From Eledone cirrhosa (lineage: Eukaryota): DNA of 64,000 nt. How positions within the stretch are numbered: position 1 is the first letter of the stretch; every line of letters begins with the position of its first letter. Of the stretch, positions 1-12,268 are shown piece after piece. The DNA lies in NCBI GenBank assembly GCA_964016885.1, contig OZ024740.1, positions 234,112,001 to 234,176,000 on the forward strand, written 5' to 3'. Position numbers and translations under genes: made by a program. The notes under the pieces were generated by a model. It was given only the letters and a program-made list of their open reading frames with translations, searched no databases and was not told the DNA's origin.

Positions 1-185
1 ACTGATAAACAAGCATCCGTTTATTAAACTAACCGACGGAGAAATTATAATAAATTGAAGGGAAATCCAACAGATGCATGTGTTTTTTATTGACAGCATG
101 ACTTTCCCAAAGTATAACAATATCTGTTTCAACATACGTTTTCAGATAAAACAAAAATCTGGCAAAACAAATACATAAACGAAAA
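1..185 (+). mobile_element. 3' tail of the same repeat family as 19040-20045
   Basis: Aligns by eye with 19900-20045 (aattataataaattg...caaagtataacaatatc..tttcaaca.acgttttcagataaa...aaacgaaa). Confidence 0.7.
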
Positions 186-497
186 CTATAACAATCATTG
201 GCTAATATCGTTTCTTTTTATTTCCCACATATTTATCTTTTTGTAATGACCACGCATTAAACATGTTAACACTAATTTGATTATTGTTTTCATACAAATG
301 GCATCTCCGAACTAATTGGTATATATTTCATCGAACACATTATGGAAAGGTGTAATGCAAAGTCGACTTATATGAGGCTCTTAACTCGGGATGCAGTTGT
401 ACCTATCTAAATACAATTTGCTATTTTTTATATAATAATAAAAATATATATTTAATGAGGAAAAGTAAAGAAGATTGCGTTCTATAAAGTGATTTAC

Positions 498-680
498 CTG
501 ATCCAGGTGATATGTCATTCCAATTAAAAGGTCTCAGGTTACGACCATCATCAGATATGTCAACGAAAGCATAAATGACGTGGGTACATAAAAAAGGATC
601 AATATTTTCAGGTAGGAATTCGCCAATACCTGGACGAGTCTGGGCAAAGCTGCTGTAGTAGCAGAATACTTTCTTGGACC
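498..680 (-). CDS. GH18 chitinase (or chitinase-like protein), coding exon 2; N-terminal catalytic-domain segment; gene continues off the left edge
   Basis: Translates (G)SKKVFCYYSSFAQTRPGIGEFLPENIDPFLCTHVIYAFVDISDDGRNLRPFNWNDISPGS, matching the GH18 N-terminal pattern VCYY..W/F..R...F.P..IDP.LCTH..YAF. Bounded by pyrimidine tract+cag acceptor (681-683) and G|gtaaat donor; 183 nt, phase 1 at both ends. The catalytic DxxDxDxE motif is outside the window. Confidence 0.93.
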
Positions 681-1011
681 CTGGCAAGAGAGAGAGAGAT
701 TGACAGATTCATGAATAGAATTCATTTCAGAGAAATATAAATGGTATAAAATACATACAATGTACATTGAATGGTGCCTACAAGATTTTAGACACATACA
801 ATCGCAGATAGATCATGAACATATATATACAATCACAGAAACAAATATAGACGCATAGTCATAAAAACATATAGTGTGACACACACAGATACACATGCAC
901 ACACACTCTTAGAAACATATAGAAGCATACATATAAATATATACACAATTATGTATACATATACGTAATACATGTACATACACATATACAGACACACACA
1001 CGCACACACAT

Positions 1012-1061
<50 letters not shown>

Positions 1062-1107
1062 TATACATATATATATATATATAAATATGTATATATATAT
1101 ATATATA

Positions 1108-1200
<93 letters not shown>

Positions 1201-2140
1201 TGTATATATATATATATACAGTATATATATACTGTATATATATATATGAACAGAAGCCCCCTCAATTCAATCTATACATGGACAGATGGACAATCATATG
1301 GATCATTTTGCATATATGTACTCTGTGTTTTTGCATTTATTCACTATTGGTTCTGTTCTTTTCTTTTGTGGACTTTATGTCTGTTTTCTTTGATTTTGTT
1401 CCATGTGATGGAAATTATGACTGTGTACCAGATTGACTAATGCCTTGAACCCTGTAGTTTGCCCTCCGTTATAATGTACGGCACTGTCGTTCAATATGTT
1501 GATAGAGTAACTGTGACACTAGAATCTCTCTCAGAACTTATTACTTAAACATCTCTCTCCATATTATTTACTCACATCAATCTATATATTTTTACTCAAT
1601 CCGAATTATCACTTGAAACATTTTTGAATTTCGAATTTTTTAATTTTTTAATTGTTTAATTTATAATCTCTGATATTTGATTTAGGATTTTAATTTTTAA
1701 TTTTTATTTCCAACTCTCACACTTAACTTCCAATGTAAAACCATGATAGCTAGAATTAAGTTTATTTTCCCTTATGAGTTGATGGTCAGTCTTACTGTCA
1801 ACGCTTAGTGTAAGGTAGTATTATGACCTGTAAAAACTAACACCCTCCTATCCCATCTGGCTTTCGGCTGACTGCCACAGCCGTGATGGGTAGCAGTAAA
1901 CTTTGGTAGGGCATAGGTGGGCCATTGTTTTGGTTGAGAGGGTGAACTGACAAAGCGAATTTCGTTGAAATCTGCGGTGGCTAATGGTCAACTTCCTTCG
2001 GACATGCGCCTGCGCAGATCGGTGGGCGTGAATAGATACTCACAAGGGAACAGATGAAAAACCCAAAAGCACGAACTTCATCCGTTCCCATGTCGATTCA
2101 ATTTGGATTGCCTCGGAAACATAACCTTATTATGTAACAA

Positions 2141-2214
2141 GCTGTCTGATGATGACACGACACTCACACACAGAACAGTGTGGCCAGTGTCCTCATTGAA
2201 ATATATATCACAGC
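2141..2214 (+). ncRNA. Type I hammerhead ribozyme, minimal palindromic stem III
   Basis: GCUGU-CUGAUGA-[stem II with GACACU/AGUGUC and CACAC/GUGUG]-GAAA-UAUAUA-UC^ACAGC; stem I 5 bp; predicted cut after 2209. Confidence 0.85.
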
Positions 2215-2238
2215 ATTATTATTAAAGGACTTATTAAA

Positions 2239-2425
2239 GGGCGGTGGATTGGCAGTATCGGTAGAGGGTCGGACGCCATGCTTTCCAGCATAGTTACGTC
2301 CCTTTACCATCTGAGTTCAAATCCCGCCGAGGTTGACTTTGCCTTTCATCCTTACGGGGTCGATAAAATAAAGTACCAGTAATGCACTGGTAATTGCTGG
2401 CCTTGTGCCTAAAGTAGAAACAATT
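2239..2425 (+). mobile_element. tRNA-derived SINE family 1 (central domain resembles the Meta-SINE domain)
   Basis: A-box-like tggcagtatcggtag, B-box gagttcaaatccc, core gcctttcatccttacggggtcgataaaataaagtacc, tail agaaacaatta; flanked by ttattattaaaggactt direct repeat. Further copies or fragments at 4914-5020(-), 11833-11947(-), 14960-15065, 15255-15415, 54060-54175(-). Confidence 0.88.
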
Positions 2426-2506
2426 ATTATTAAAGGACTTGAACATCTGAAACTACTTCGCTTTTCCTTACTCGATATTCTATATATATATATATATATA
2501 TATATA

Positions 2507-2550
<44 letters not shown>

Positions 2551-2557
2551 TGTATAA

Positions 2558-2674
<117 letters not shown>

Positions 2675-2833
2675 TATATATATATATATATATATATATA
2701 CATGGAAAGTTATATTTAAAATTGTTGGGTTACAACTAGTAAATATTTATAACTGATATAAAAGCACTCGACAAATATTTGGAGTATATTTACAATATTA
2801 AATAAATGGAAACTATATTTATAAAACCATATT

Positions 2834-2899
2834 TATTTCATTATATATATTTCGGGGATATCATATTAACAATATGCTATGCCTTCCTCAGACAAAATA
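2834..2899 (-). ncRNA. Hammerhead ribozyme (left arm of 2791-3163 palindrome)
   Basis: Reverse complement of the 3055-3120 motif. Confidence 0.75.
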
Positions 2900-3054
2900 C
2901 AATATAAACAGTTTTATAGATAAATAGATTCGACATACCGTAACAACACCGACTTGCATTTGAAGAGGTTGAATTGGCAGTCCAACCTCTTCAAATGCAA
3001 GTCGGTGTTGTTACGGTATGTCGAATCTATTTATCTATAAAACTGTTTATATTG

Positions 3055-3120
3055 TATTTTGTCTGAGGAAGGCATAGCATATTGTTAATATGATATCCCC
3101 GAAATATATATAATGAAATA
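3055..3120 (+). ncRNA. Hammerhead ribozyme (right arm of 2791-3163 palindrome)
   Basis: UAUUUUGU-CUGAGGA-[CAUAUU/AAUAUG hairpin]-GAAA-UAUAUA-UA^AUGAAAUA; stem I 8 bp including 2 G-U. Confidence 0.75.
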
Positions 3121-3197
3121 AATATGGTTTTATAAATATAGTTTCCATTTATTTAATATTGTATATATATATGTATATATATATATATATATATACA

Positions 3198-3314
<117 letters not shown>

Positions 3315-3520
3315 TAAGTATGTATACGTTCATACATATATGTGTACAGACGTACAATAGTATGTATATATATATACATACATCACACATATATATATGT
3401 ACGTATGGGTTTACCGAACATTTATTATAATGTTCGGTTTGTTTGTAAACAAACAGTCCGAATTACGCCGTACAGTGCTCGGTAACTATCGTCACCCTTT
3501 TGTTCAACACTGACACAGGA

Positions 3521-3563
3521 ACGATGTACTAGTTTCAAGCTTATTAGCTATCGTCAGCATCGT
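3521..3563 (-). ncRNA. Minimal hammerhead ribozyme
   Basis: ACGAUG-CUGACGA-U AGCU aaua AGCU U-GAAA-CUAG-UA^CAUCGU; palindromic ACUAGU stem III. Confidence 0.8.
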
Positions 3564-3691
3564 ATACCCTTCTGTCAGATGATTGAGCGTTTGAAATTAT
3601 ATACTTTCCTTATGCATATTAACGGCTGAGCAGCCTAATTTGCATCAGCCGTACTAAGAGTGGGAAATGAAATTTCGTTTCATTCTTTTCC

Positions 3692-3780
<89 letters not shown>

Positions 3781-4563
3781 AAAAGTGTCAGGACCCCGAC
3801 GGCTGAGCTCCGGCCGTTTCGACAGCTAGATCCGAATTATATATATATATATAAATATATACATATATATGTTACGTAATTCCTAAAGAAAAGCAAAGAA
3901 AAAAAGAGTGCTCTATGCATAGAACAGAGCTATTTAATTAGAATATGTTAAAGGCACAAGAAGGTGTACCTTGTGCGTAAGAGATAATTATAGAATTCTA
4001 CAGAATCTGAAATCTCTTGTCTTAACTCTAATTCTGAGATATTTAAAATTTGCCGACATATAAGATCTCACCTCCTTTCTCGGTATCAAAACACCATTTT
4101 GGACACTTACCCACCTTGAACACTCTCCTCTTCACACATTCAAAACTTTTCATATATTAGACCTTGAACACTCTTTCTTACTTTAAACACTATGGAACTT
4201 TATCACACATTCAACACTTATATTAAGCCCTTATTTTATATTACACCTATTTTATTCATTTCTTCTTTTCCCTTACTTTTACCTTGAAAAATCACTCTTA
4301 CTTTACATATTCAACACTTATTTTATTTTACTTTATTTTACACTTATTTTACATATTATTCACTCCTTGACTTCATCTTTTCCTGAACATTCTCTCTTTC
4401 AACAACATTTTTTTTACAGCTCTGATCTATACATCGAGCACTCGTTTTTACCTTTGCTTTCTCTTCGAAACCATCTAACATATTTATTTTTATTTTTATA
4501 TTTTATCTATATATATGTGTGTGTGTGCATGTATATGTGTATGTATATGTACATATATATATA

Positions 4564-4668
<105 letters not shown>

Positions 4669-5293
4669 ATGTGTGTGTGTGTGTGTGTGTTTGTTTTTTT
4701 TATTTAATGTGGTTGCGTGCGGTTGTATATATGTATTTATGTGTGTGGTTTTCTGCGTGTGTTCAATGTGTAAATGTGCATGCTCCTAGGTGCTTAACAT
4801 TACTACTGGACATATGTATCTATTTGTAGTTTTGCGTATGTACTTGTATTCATGTTTAACTCTATGTGTGTGATGTCTCCGTATCATTTCATATATATTT
4901 ATATATATATATAATTGTTTCTACTTTTGGCACAAGGCCAGCAATTATCCCAGTGTATTACTGGTAATTTATTTTATCGACCCCGTAAGGATGAAAGGCA
5001 AAGTTAACCTCGGCGGGATATTTAGATATATATATAATATATATAAATATGCAGCCAGAGCTTCGATTATGGTGAACTTCTATTTATATATATATATATA
5101 TATAAATGGAAGTTCAGCATAATCCAAGCTATGGCTGCAGCTAAGCTAACGAATGTAATCGGAATGGACAGCTAAGCACTCAATAAGGTATTTTACCTTA
5201 GAGTAATAACATTACGTTTAGACAGCTTTGCAAATTGAAGATTGTGACCGGTAAGCCAGCCGCAAGGACCAAAGCAACGAGAAAACCGACTCA

Positions 5294-5324
<31 letters not shown>

Positions 5325-5600
5325 ACGAAGGAAATGTGGTAAGGAACCAGATGGACCATAACGCACCAAAGTAATCAATACTTAGGGTAGTAGAGTGGGT
5401 AATAGGAACAAGTAGGACCTCGACGGCTGAGCTCAAGCCGTTTCGACAGCTAATTCTGGCAGAGTTGTTAGCACGTTAGATAGAATGCTTTGTGGTATTT
5501 GAATCGGCCCTCTCAGTTCAAATCCCGTCGAGGTCAACTTTGCCTTAAATCCATTAGCCGTCGAAACGGCTTGAGCTCAGCCGTCGGGGTCCTTCTTGTT

Positions 5601-5640
<40 letters not shown>

Positions 5641-5720
5641 GAAGTTATATTTAATTTGTTGGGATTCAACAAGCTTAAAAAATGTTATAAAGGTTAGTGG
5701 AGTAAATATACAATATATTA

Positions 5721-5905
5721 ATTGTTTCTACTTTAGGCACAAGGCCAGCAATTATCCAGTGCATTACTGGTACTTTATTTTATCGACCCCGTAAGGATGA
5801 AAGACAAAGTCAACCTCGGCGGGATTTGAACTCAGATCGTAAAGGGACGTAACTATGCTGGAAAGCATGGCGTCCGACCCTCTACCGATACTGCCAATCC
5901 ACCGC
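5721..5905 (-). mobile_element. SINE family 1, full length, nested in an HHR element
   Basis: 15-bp TSD atatacaatatatta at 5706-5720 and 5908-5922. Confidence 0.9.
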
Positions 5906-5954
5906 ATATATACAATATATTAATAAATGGAAACTATATTTATAAAACCATAAT

Positions 5955-6020
5955 TATTTTATTATATATATTTCAAGGGCGACCAATGTAGATTATGGTG
6001 CGCTTTCATCAGATAAAATA
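5955..6020 (-). ncRNA. Hammerhead ribozyme (left arm of 5921-6250 inverted repeat)
   Basis: Near mirror image of the 6150-6215 motif. Confidence 0.75.
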
Positions 6021-6149
6021 CAGATTTGTTTTATAAATAAATATTGACATACCCGGCGAATAAATAAATATTGACTATCCAGCGAATTTCAACCGTTGAG
6101 GTTGTCTTTTTTTCCGGGTATGTCAATATTTATTTATAAAACAAATCTG

Positions 6150-6215
6150 TATTTTATCTGATGAAAGCGCACCATAATTTACCTTGGTCGCCCTTGAAAT
6201 ATATATAATAAAATA
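6150..6215 (+). ncRNA. Hammerhead ribozyme (right arm)
   Basis: UAUUUUAU-CUGAUGA-[AAG.CG.ACCA...UGGU.CG.CUU]-GAAA-UAUAUA-UA^AUAAAAUA; stem I 8 bp perfect. Confidence 0.78.
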
Positions 6216-6246
6216 ATTATGGTCTTATAAATATAGTTTCCATTTA

Positions 6247-6323
<77 letters not shown>

Positions 6324-6332
6324 TATAGAAAT

Positions 6333-6383
6333 GGCTTCTACAGGACTAAAACTGTTTCATTCGGGAGAAATCATCAGGAAGCC
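6333..6383 (-). ncRNA. Hammerhead ribozyme with a conventional (non-palindromic) stem III
   Basis: GGCUUC-CUGAUGA-U UUC uccc GAA U-GAAA-CAG uuuuaguc CUG-UA^GAAGCC; stem I 6 bp, stem III 4 bp, weak stem II. Confidence 0.75.
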
Positions 6384-6636
6384 CATATACATATATATAT
6401 ACATGAACTATCTGAATAACTCATAAATTCATTCCGCCTCTTACATAAACCATATCTCTCAAAAAATGAAATAGTGTGTAGAAGAGACAGCGAAAGAGTT
6501 GGGAGTGTGTGTGTATATGTATATTTTCCCAAAAATGGCTGCCTGTATACACACATTCTTTTTCTCAAGAACATTTTTTTCCGTACTTCCCTCTTCTCAC
6601 TCACTATCTTTCTATTTGATCTTTTACTTCTCTTTC

Positions 6637-6672
6637 TAGCTTCTGATGAAGGACTAGTGTCCGAAACGTAAT
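6637..6672 (+). ncRNA. Degenerate hammerhead core
   Basis: CUGAUGA-A GGAC uagu GUCC-GAAACGUA; stem I not evident. A related, more decayed copy lies on the minus strand at ~13535-13575. Confidence 0.5.
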
Positions 6673-6770
6673 TACTATTTTCTTACTTTATCAATCGTTA
6701 AATGAATATCTTTCTTTTTCGTACTGAGATGTTTGCTTTATTTTTTCTGTTTTATTTATTTTTTGCATAC

Positions 6771-6872
<102 letters not shown>

Positions 6873-8291
6873 ATAAAGATAGGTGAGATAGAGCGTAAGA
6901 GAAAGATACTGTGTTGTTTTTGAGTTGACGTGAGTATTTATTATCTAGTCTACCTGCTCTGTTTTCCTATGTATTTCGGCTAGTTTTAATGCTATCGTGG
7001 TCAAGATTGCAAGCCAATAAGGCAGCCTCTACGTGGTCATTTAGCCAACTAGAAAGGGCAGCCGAAACCCCTTCGAATTTAACTCCATTCTCTTAATGAA
7101 CTAAAGACTTAATAGTTTAACCCTAAATACATTATGGCAGAATGAAAAACGCAATATTCACGATTGGAAATTACTTTGCTGGATCAAAGCTTTCGTGAGG
7201 TTAAACAACAAAAACATTGGCAACATTGCATCTCAGAGTTTAAGCTTCGTTTCACATTCAGAAAGTATTTTAGATGTTAAGAGCCCCTAAATGTATACAA
7301 AGTACAAGTGTACTCCACACTAAATTATAGTTCACACAGCTAATTTGAACCCACAGAGACAACATCCAAATATAGCCATCCGACTGATTCCACATTTAAT
7401 CATTTATATTACAAATACTCATCCAAGATGTGGTAACACAGTCTGTTTTTTTTTTTTTTTGTTTTTGCTGCTAAACAATCTCTGTTCATTCGAACTTACA
7501 GTGAACAATCTCCTCCTTCGCTTATTATATTTCCCAATTTTTTACCTCAAGTTATGCCTAGTATGTATCAAATTCCTACAACAAGTGCTTGGGTTAAGCA
7601 TTTATCTCTAAATCTGAAACCTATCTGGAACCTAATCCTGACCACGTTCTCTAAAGATATCAACCTACAGAAATTCAAGCTGAACAGCCAATAGGGTTCT
7701 GAAAAGGTCATTGACACTCTGCTCCAGCAGGAGTAAAAGGTAATCAACAAAACAGATTGTTTACCAAGAATATGGTAATCTGGAATTCTATATCAATATA
7801 TATACTTACATTACTGGTGCTGTGTTGTTACTATGAAAACATAATGCCGTGTGTATAGTATAATAATTGTTTCTACTTTTGGCACAAGGCCATCAATTAC
7901 CCACTACATTACTGGTACTTTATTTTATCGACCCCGTAAGGATGAAAGGCAAAGTTAATCCCGCCGAGGTTAACTTTGCCTTTCATCCTTACGGGGTCGA
8001 TAAAATAAAGTACCAGTAATGTACTGGTTAATTGATGGCCTTGTGCCAAAAGTAGAAACAATTAATATACTATACACACGGCATTATGTTCCATTCATAG
8101 TAACAACACAGCACCAGTACCACATACACGCACAATATTATGTTTCATTCACAACTGCTACAGGGCCACACACGCATGCTTACACGTTCACACACGGCAG
8201 AGATATTGCAATTAACCACTAAATATCTACACATTAATAAATTAACATTTACAGATTTTTTGTTTATCGAATATCCACTCAACTTCTAGAT

Positions 8292-8582
8292 CAATCATGG
8301 GCAACCTGCGGCCCGCGAAGCTTTCTGAATGGCTCGCCTAAGTCACCTAAGTGAAATCTTTCTGATTTTTTTTATTCCAACTTTTCAGTTGTAATTTAGA
8401 TTTCTATCATTTTTATGGTCGAGGAAAACAACGTGTACGATTTCTGAAGAAACAAATCAAAACAACCTGAGTTACCACCCTTTTTTTAATGTGGGCACGA
8501 ATGTAAATTAGCGCTTGCAGCCCCCTTGATGATGAGCCATATCTCATGCGACCCGCTTCTCGAAAAAGGTTGTCCATACCTG
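8292..8582. mobile_element. hAT (Charlie-like) MITE
   Basis: Imperfect TIRs ca..catgggcaacct / aggttgtccatacctg; 8-bp TSD ttctagat. Confidence 0.8.
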
Positions 8583-8852
8583 TTCTAGATGCTGTTTATT
8601 TAATTCACATTCACATATTGTGCTTAACCAACTAACATGTACAGAGACTGGGCAATCTTTATCCACATACTGCATCTAACAAGACAACATCTACCCCCTA
8701 TAAATAATTATACAACATATAATGACTACACAAATCAAATCAAGATTTGTTAAGAGTATTTCTGGTAGTTATGGACCATCAACTCGACAGTTTAGCTTGA
8801 GTTTAAGCTGAATTCTTCAGGATATGAATTCCGAAAATTCTCTGGTGCTTAC

Positions 8853-8910
8853 CTTGAACTTTAGTAAGGGATATAACCGCTATTAACATCAGTGCAATTG
8901 GTAACTTCAT
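8853..8910 (-). CDS. Signal-peptide exon (first coding exon) of the same chitinase; not in the ORF track
   Basis: Minus strand: ttgtgcattctag|gttcagt ATG...CAA G|gtaagc encodes MKLPIALMLIAVISLTKVQ+G. The phase-1 donor joins the 680 acceptor to give VQG-SKKVFCYY, a typical cleavage site. An acceptor 7 nt upstream implies a further non-coding exon. Confidence 0.85.
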
Positions 8911-9059
8911 ACTGAACCTAGAATGCACAAGAAGCAAAATAATAAGGAAAGAAATATTACAACAGATTTAAGAAATATATTTGCCATTAAATAATATTAA
9001 AACATATGAAAAGAACAAAACCTGAAAATGGAATGCATATTATTAAAATTGTTCAGCCT

Positions 9060-9732
9060 TCGGTAGAGAGTCGGACATCATGCTTTACAGCATAGAGTTA
9101 CGGCCCTTTATGATAAAATAAAGTACCAGTCACGCACTGGGGTCGATTTAATCGACTTTCCCCTCCCCCCAAATTGCTGGCCTTGTGCCTATATAAGAAA
9201 TCATTATTATTGTTTAGCAAGGGCGGTGGATTGGCAGTATTGGTAGAGGGTCGGATGCCATGCTTTGACGCATAGAGTTACAGCCCTTGCCATTCTGAGT
9301 TCAAATCCCACCGAGGTTAACTTTGCCTTTCATCCTTACGGGGTCGATAAAATAAAGTACCAGTAATACACTGGGTAATTGCTGGCCTTGTGCCTAACGT
9401 AGAAACAATTATTATTGTTTAGCTTATTTATTTTAGCGATAAAATAAAGTACCAGTAATGTACTGGTGAATTTGCTGGCCTTGTGCCAATAGTAGAAATA
9501 ATTATTGTTTAGCTTAGAGCGGTGGATTAGCAGTATCGGTAGAGGGTCGGACACTATGTTTTGCAGCATAGAGTTATGATGCTGTATATTCTGAGTTCAA
9601 ATCCCGCTGAGGTTAGCTTTGACTTTCATCCTTGCGGGGTAGATAAATAAAGTATCCATCATGCACGGGTCGATTTAATCAACTTTCCCCTTCCTCAAAA
9701 TTGCTGGCCATGTGCCTATACTAGAAATCATT
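9060..9732 (+). mobile_element. Four tandem SINE family 1 copies
   Basis: Copies at ~9060-9205, 9219-9410, 9437-9503 and 9516-9732, each followed by (att)attgtttagc. Confidence 0.85.
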
Positions 9733-9985
9733 GTTTAGCTTATAGTATTACTGCTAACAACATTAATTGAAGGTGATTTTTTTCTGATATGATTCCCGAA
9801 GTATTTCATTACATTACTTTTACTACTTCAAACTTCGATATATTTCACCAGTTATAGATTGTAAAGCAACATTTTCATGTGATAAACAACAATTTTCGAG
9901 GCCAAGTTAATGTTACGGTCGTCGATAGTAGTTGAGTACCTATTTAATTAGATATTCGAATTTCTATGTGCCTGTTCACTTAGAT

Positions 9986-10265
9986 CAGTGGTTCTCAACC
10001 TTTTTTTGCCAACGGCACACCTTGAAACACAGGGAAAAATAGCGGCACATCTAGCTAAATATATATGAAAAATATTTGAATTTTACAAAATAAAAACATG
10101 GCAAATCATAGGCGGTATACAACCGGCATACAAACTAAATATAGAAAAACACAGCTTTGAACTTACTTTCGTGTTTTCTTAGTGTGCCGTTCAAAATTTC
10201 GCGGCACACTTAGGAAGATCTCGCGGCACACCTGTGTGCCGTGGCACACTGGTTGAGAATCACTG
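9986..10265. mobile_element. hAT (Charlie-like) MITE
   Basis: TIR cagtggttctcaacc / ggttgagaatcactg; 8-bp TSD acttagat. Confidence 0.9.
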
Positions 10266-11511
10266 ACTTAGATACTCGCATGATTATTCGGTTTCTGATG
10301 CAACTGGCTATCTTTGAACTATAAAATTCTAAAGGAAGTCAAACCAGTCGTATATTTTGTCCTCCAACCGGAGGTCTGGTTCCAATACTAGCAGCAATGT
10401 AGATTCCAAGGTCAAAGTGATGTTAAATCAAAAACAGATTAACTAATGAACAATGGTTAAGTCCATCATCCATTATCATGCCAACCACTTATGGTTAGTC
10501 ATAAATAACTTCTGATTTGGTATTGTTTAAGAGGTGTTCGAAGATATATTTTTAAGGCAGACGATGAGTTGGTTTTGATCTTTTATCTTAACAGTCCGTT
10601 AATGTTGGCAATGAAACTTAAATAAATGTACACGCCACTGCTTCTATTTTTGTAAGGTTTCACCACATTTATCGATTGTACTATAGGCGAAAGCTTGGCT
10701 GAAAAGTTAGAAAGTTAGCTTTGCGATATTGAGATCCCCAGAATGTCTCTTTTACCGTTGACCTCGAGTCAACCCAAAGCCTCGTGAAGATGAAAACTCT
10801 GCGAAATTCCATTTAATGGATTCCAGCTTTGTCACATATTATGTCACACTGCTCTAGCTTGAGATTTACATTAGAAATAACTGTATTTACAATATTCAGC
10901 CACAAACGCACTAATTAAACAAGTAAGCAATTCAGTTAAACGAAACCCAGAATACTCATTGACGAAACCAATAGAGGATCCACCATATATTGTACTACGT
11001 TTTCGATTACTTGATAATCACTCACAAGGCTTACCTCTTTTCGATTTTTTACACATCGTTTTATATATGTACATAGTAAGAATAAAAAACGAGGTTTCTC
11101 ATTAAGGTTTTTGTTGATAATGGACAGTTATGACCGTGTTATGACAGTTATGACAGATGAGTGATGCAGGATCTATGTTAATGTTAAAGACCCGATTCCA
11201 GCCCAATCTGCTCATCAGACTTGTTAATCAGGCAAAACCAAAATAAGGCAGCGTATATATTAAGAACAAAACGAGGTTTCACATTAAGGTTTTTATTGAT
11301 TGTGCAGTTACGACCGTTTCACAGATGGATGGCTCAAGATCCAAAATTTGATTTTGCTTGATTGACAAGTCTAATTAGCAGATTGGGCTGATGTCGGGTC
11401 TATAACATTAACATGGATCCTGAGCCACACATCTGTGAAACAGTCGTAACTGTGTATAATCAATAAAAACCACCATAGACAGTAAACCACGTATCTACTG
11501 AACTACCTAAA

Positions 11512-11815
11512 GGCTTAGTGGTTAGAGCATTGGGCTTGCAATCGAAAGGACTGGGTGATGCGTTTTGACCTTGAGCAAGACACTTTAATTCACGTTGCCC
11601 CAGTTTACCCAGCTGTAGAAATGAGTTCCAACATCATTGGTACCAAGCTAAATCGGCCATTGCCTTTGCCTTGGCGTGGAGAGGGGGGTGGTATGCATCG
11701 GCGACTGCTGGTCTTCCACAAACAAACTTGCCCGAACTTCTGCCACGGGAGGGAACATTCTAGGTGCAAATCCCATGGTCTTTCGTGACCTAAGGGGGTC
11801 TTTGCCTTTACCTAC
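11512..11815 (+). mobile_element. tRNA-derived CORE-like SINE (family 2)
   Basis: ggcttagtggttagagc head, ccttgagcaagacactttaattcacgttgc.ccagt core, tttacc tail. Relatives at 24000-24295(-), 28265-28560, 35760-35965(-), 48480-48610(-). Confidence 0.7.
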
Positions 11816-11988
11816 CTAACTATTTATATATAATTGTTTTTACTTTTGGCACAAGGCCAGCAATTACCCAGTAGATTACTGGTACTTTATTTTATCGACC
11901 CCATAAGGATGAAAGGCAAAGTTAACCTCGGCGGGATTTGAACTCAAATCTATTTATATATAATATAAATATATATATATATATATAT

Positions 11989-12049
<61 letters not shown>

Positions 12050-12227
12050 ATATATATGTATATATTGTTATTTGACTAGTCATGGTGGATGTGGTGTAAT
12101 TATATTTTGTAATGTATATTTTATTACTAATCTGGGCTTTTATTTTATTGTTGGGTATAGTTGAGTAAGAAAAGATTATATATATCTGTGTGAATGTATA
12201 TATAGGTATATATATAAATGTGTGTGT

Positions 12228-12268
<41 letters not shown>

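Larger units (their letters stand above)
2701..3163. mobile_element. (TA)n-embedded fold-back HHR element (probably non-autonomous PLE-derived), family A
   Basis: 181-bp arms 2791-2971 and 2983-3163, 11-nt loop, (TA)n on both sides; relatives at 5637-6250 and 25656-25915. Confidence 0.75.

Noticed and set aside
2239-2330. tRNA genes at A/B-box motifs
   Set aside because: All are heads of multicopy SINEs with tails and TSDs; no complete cloverleaf.
11205-11225. Isolated CUGAUGA boxes (also ~16283, ~23900, ~28550, ~52015, ~60280)
   Set aside because: No correctly placed GAAA/UH and stem I, so not counted as hammerheads.
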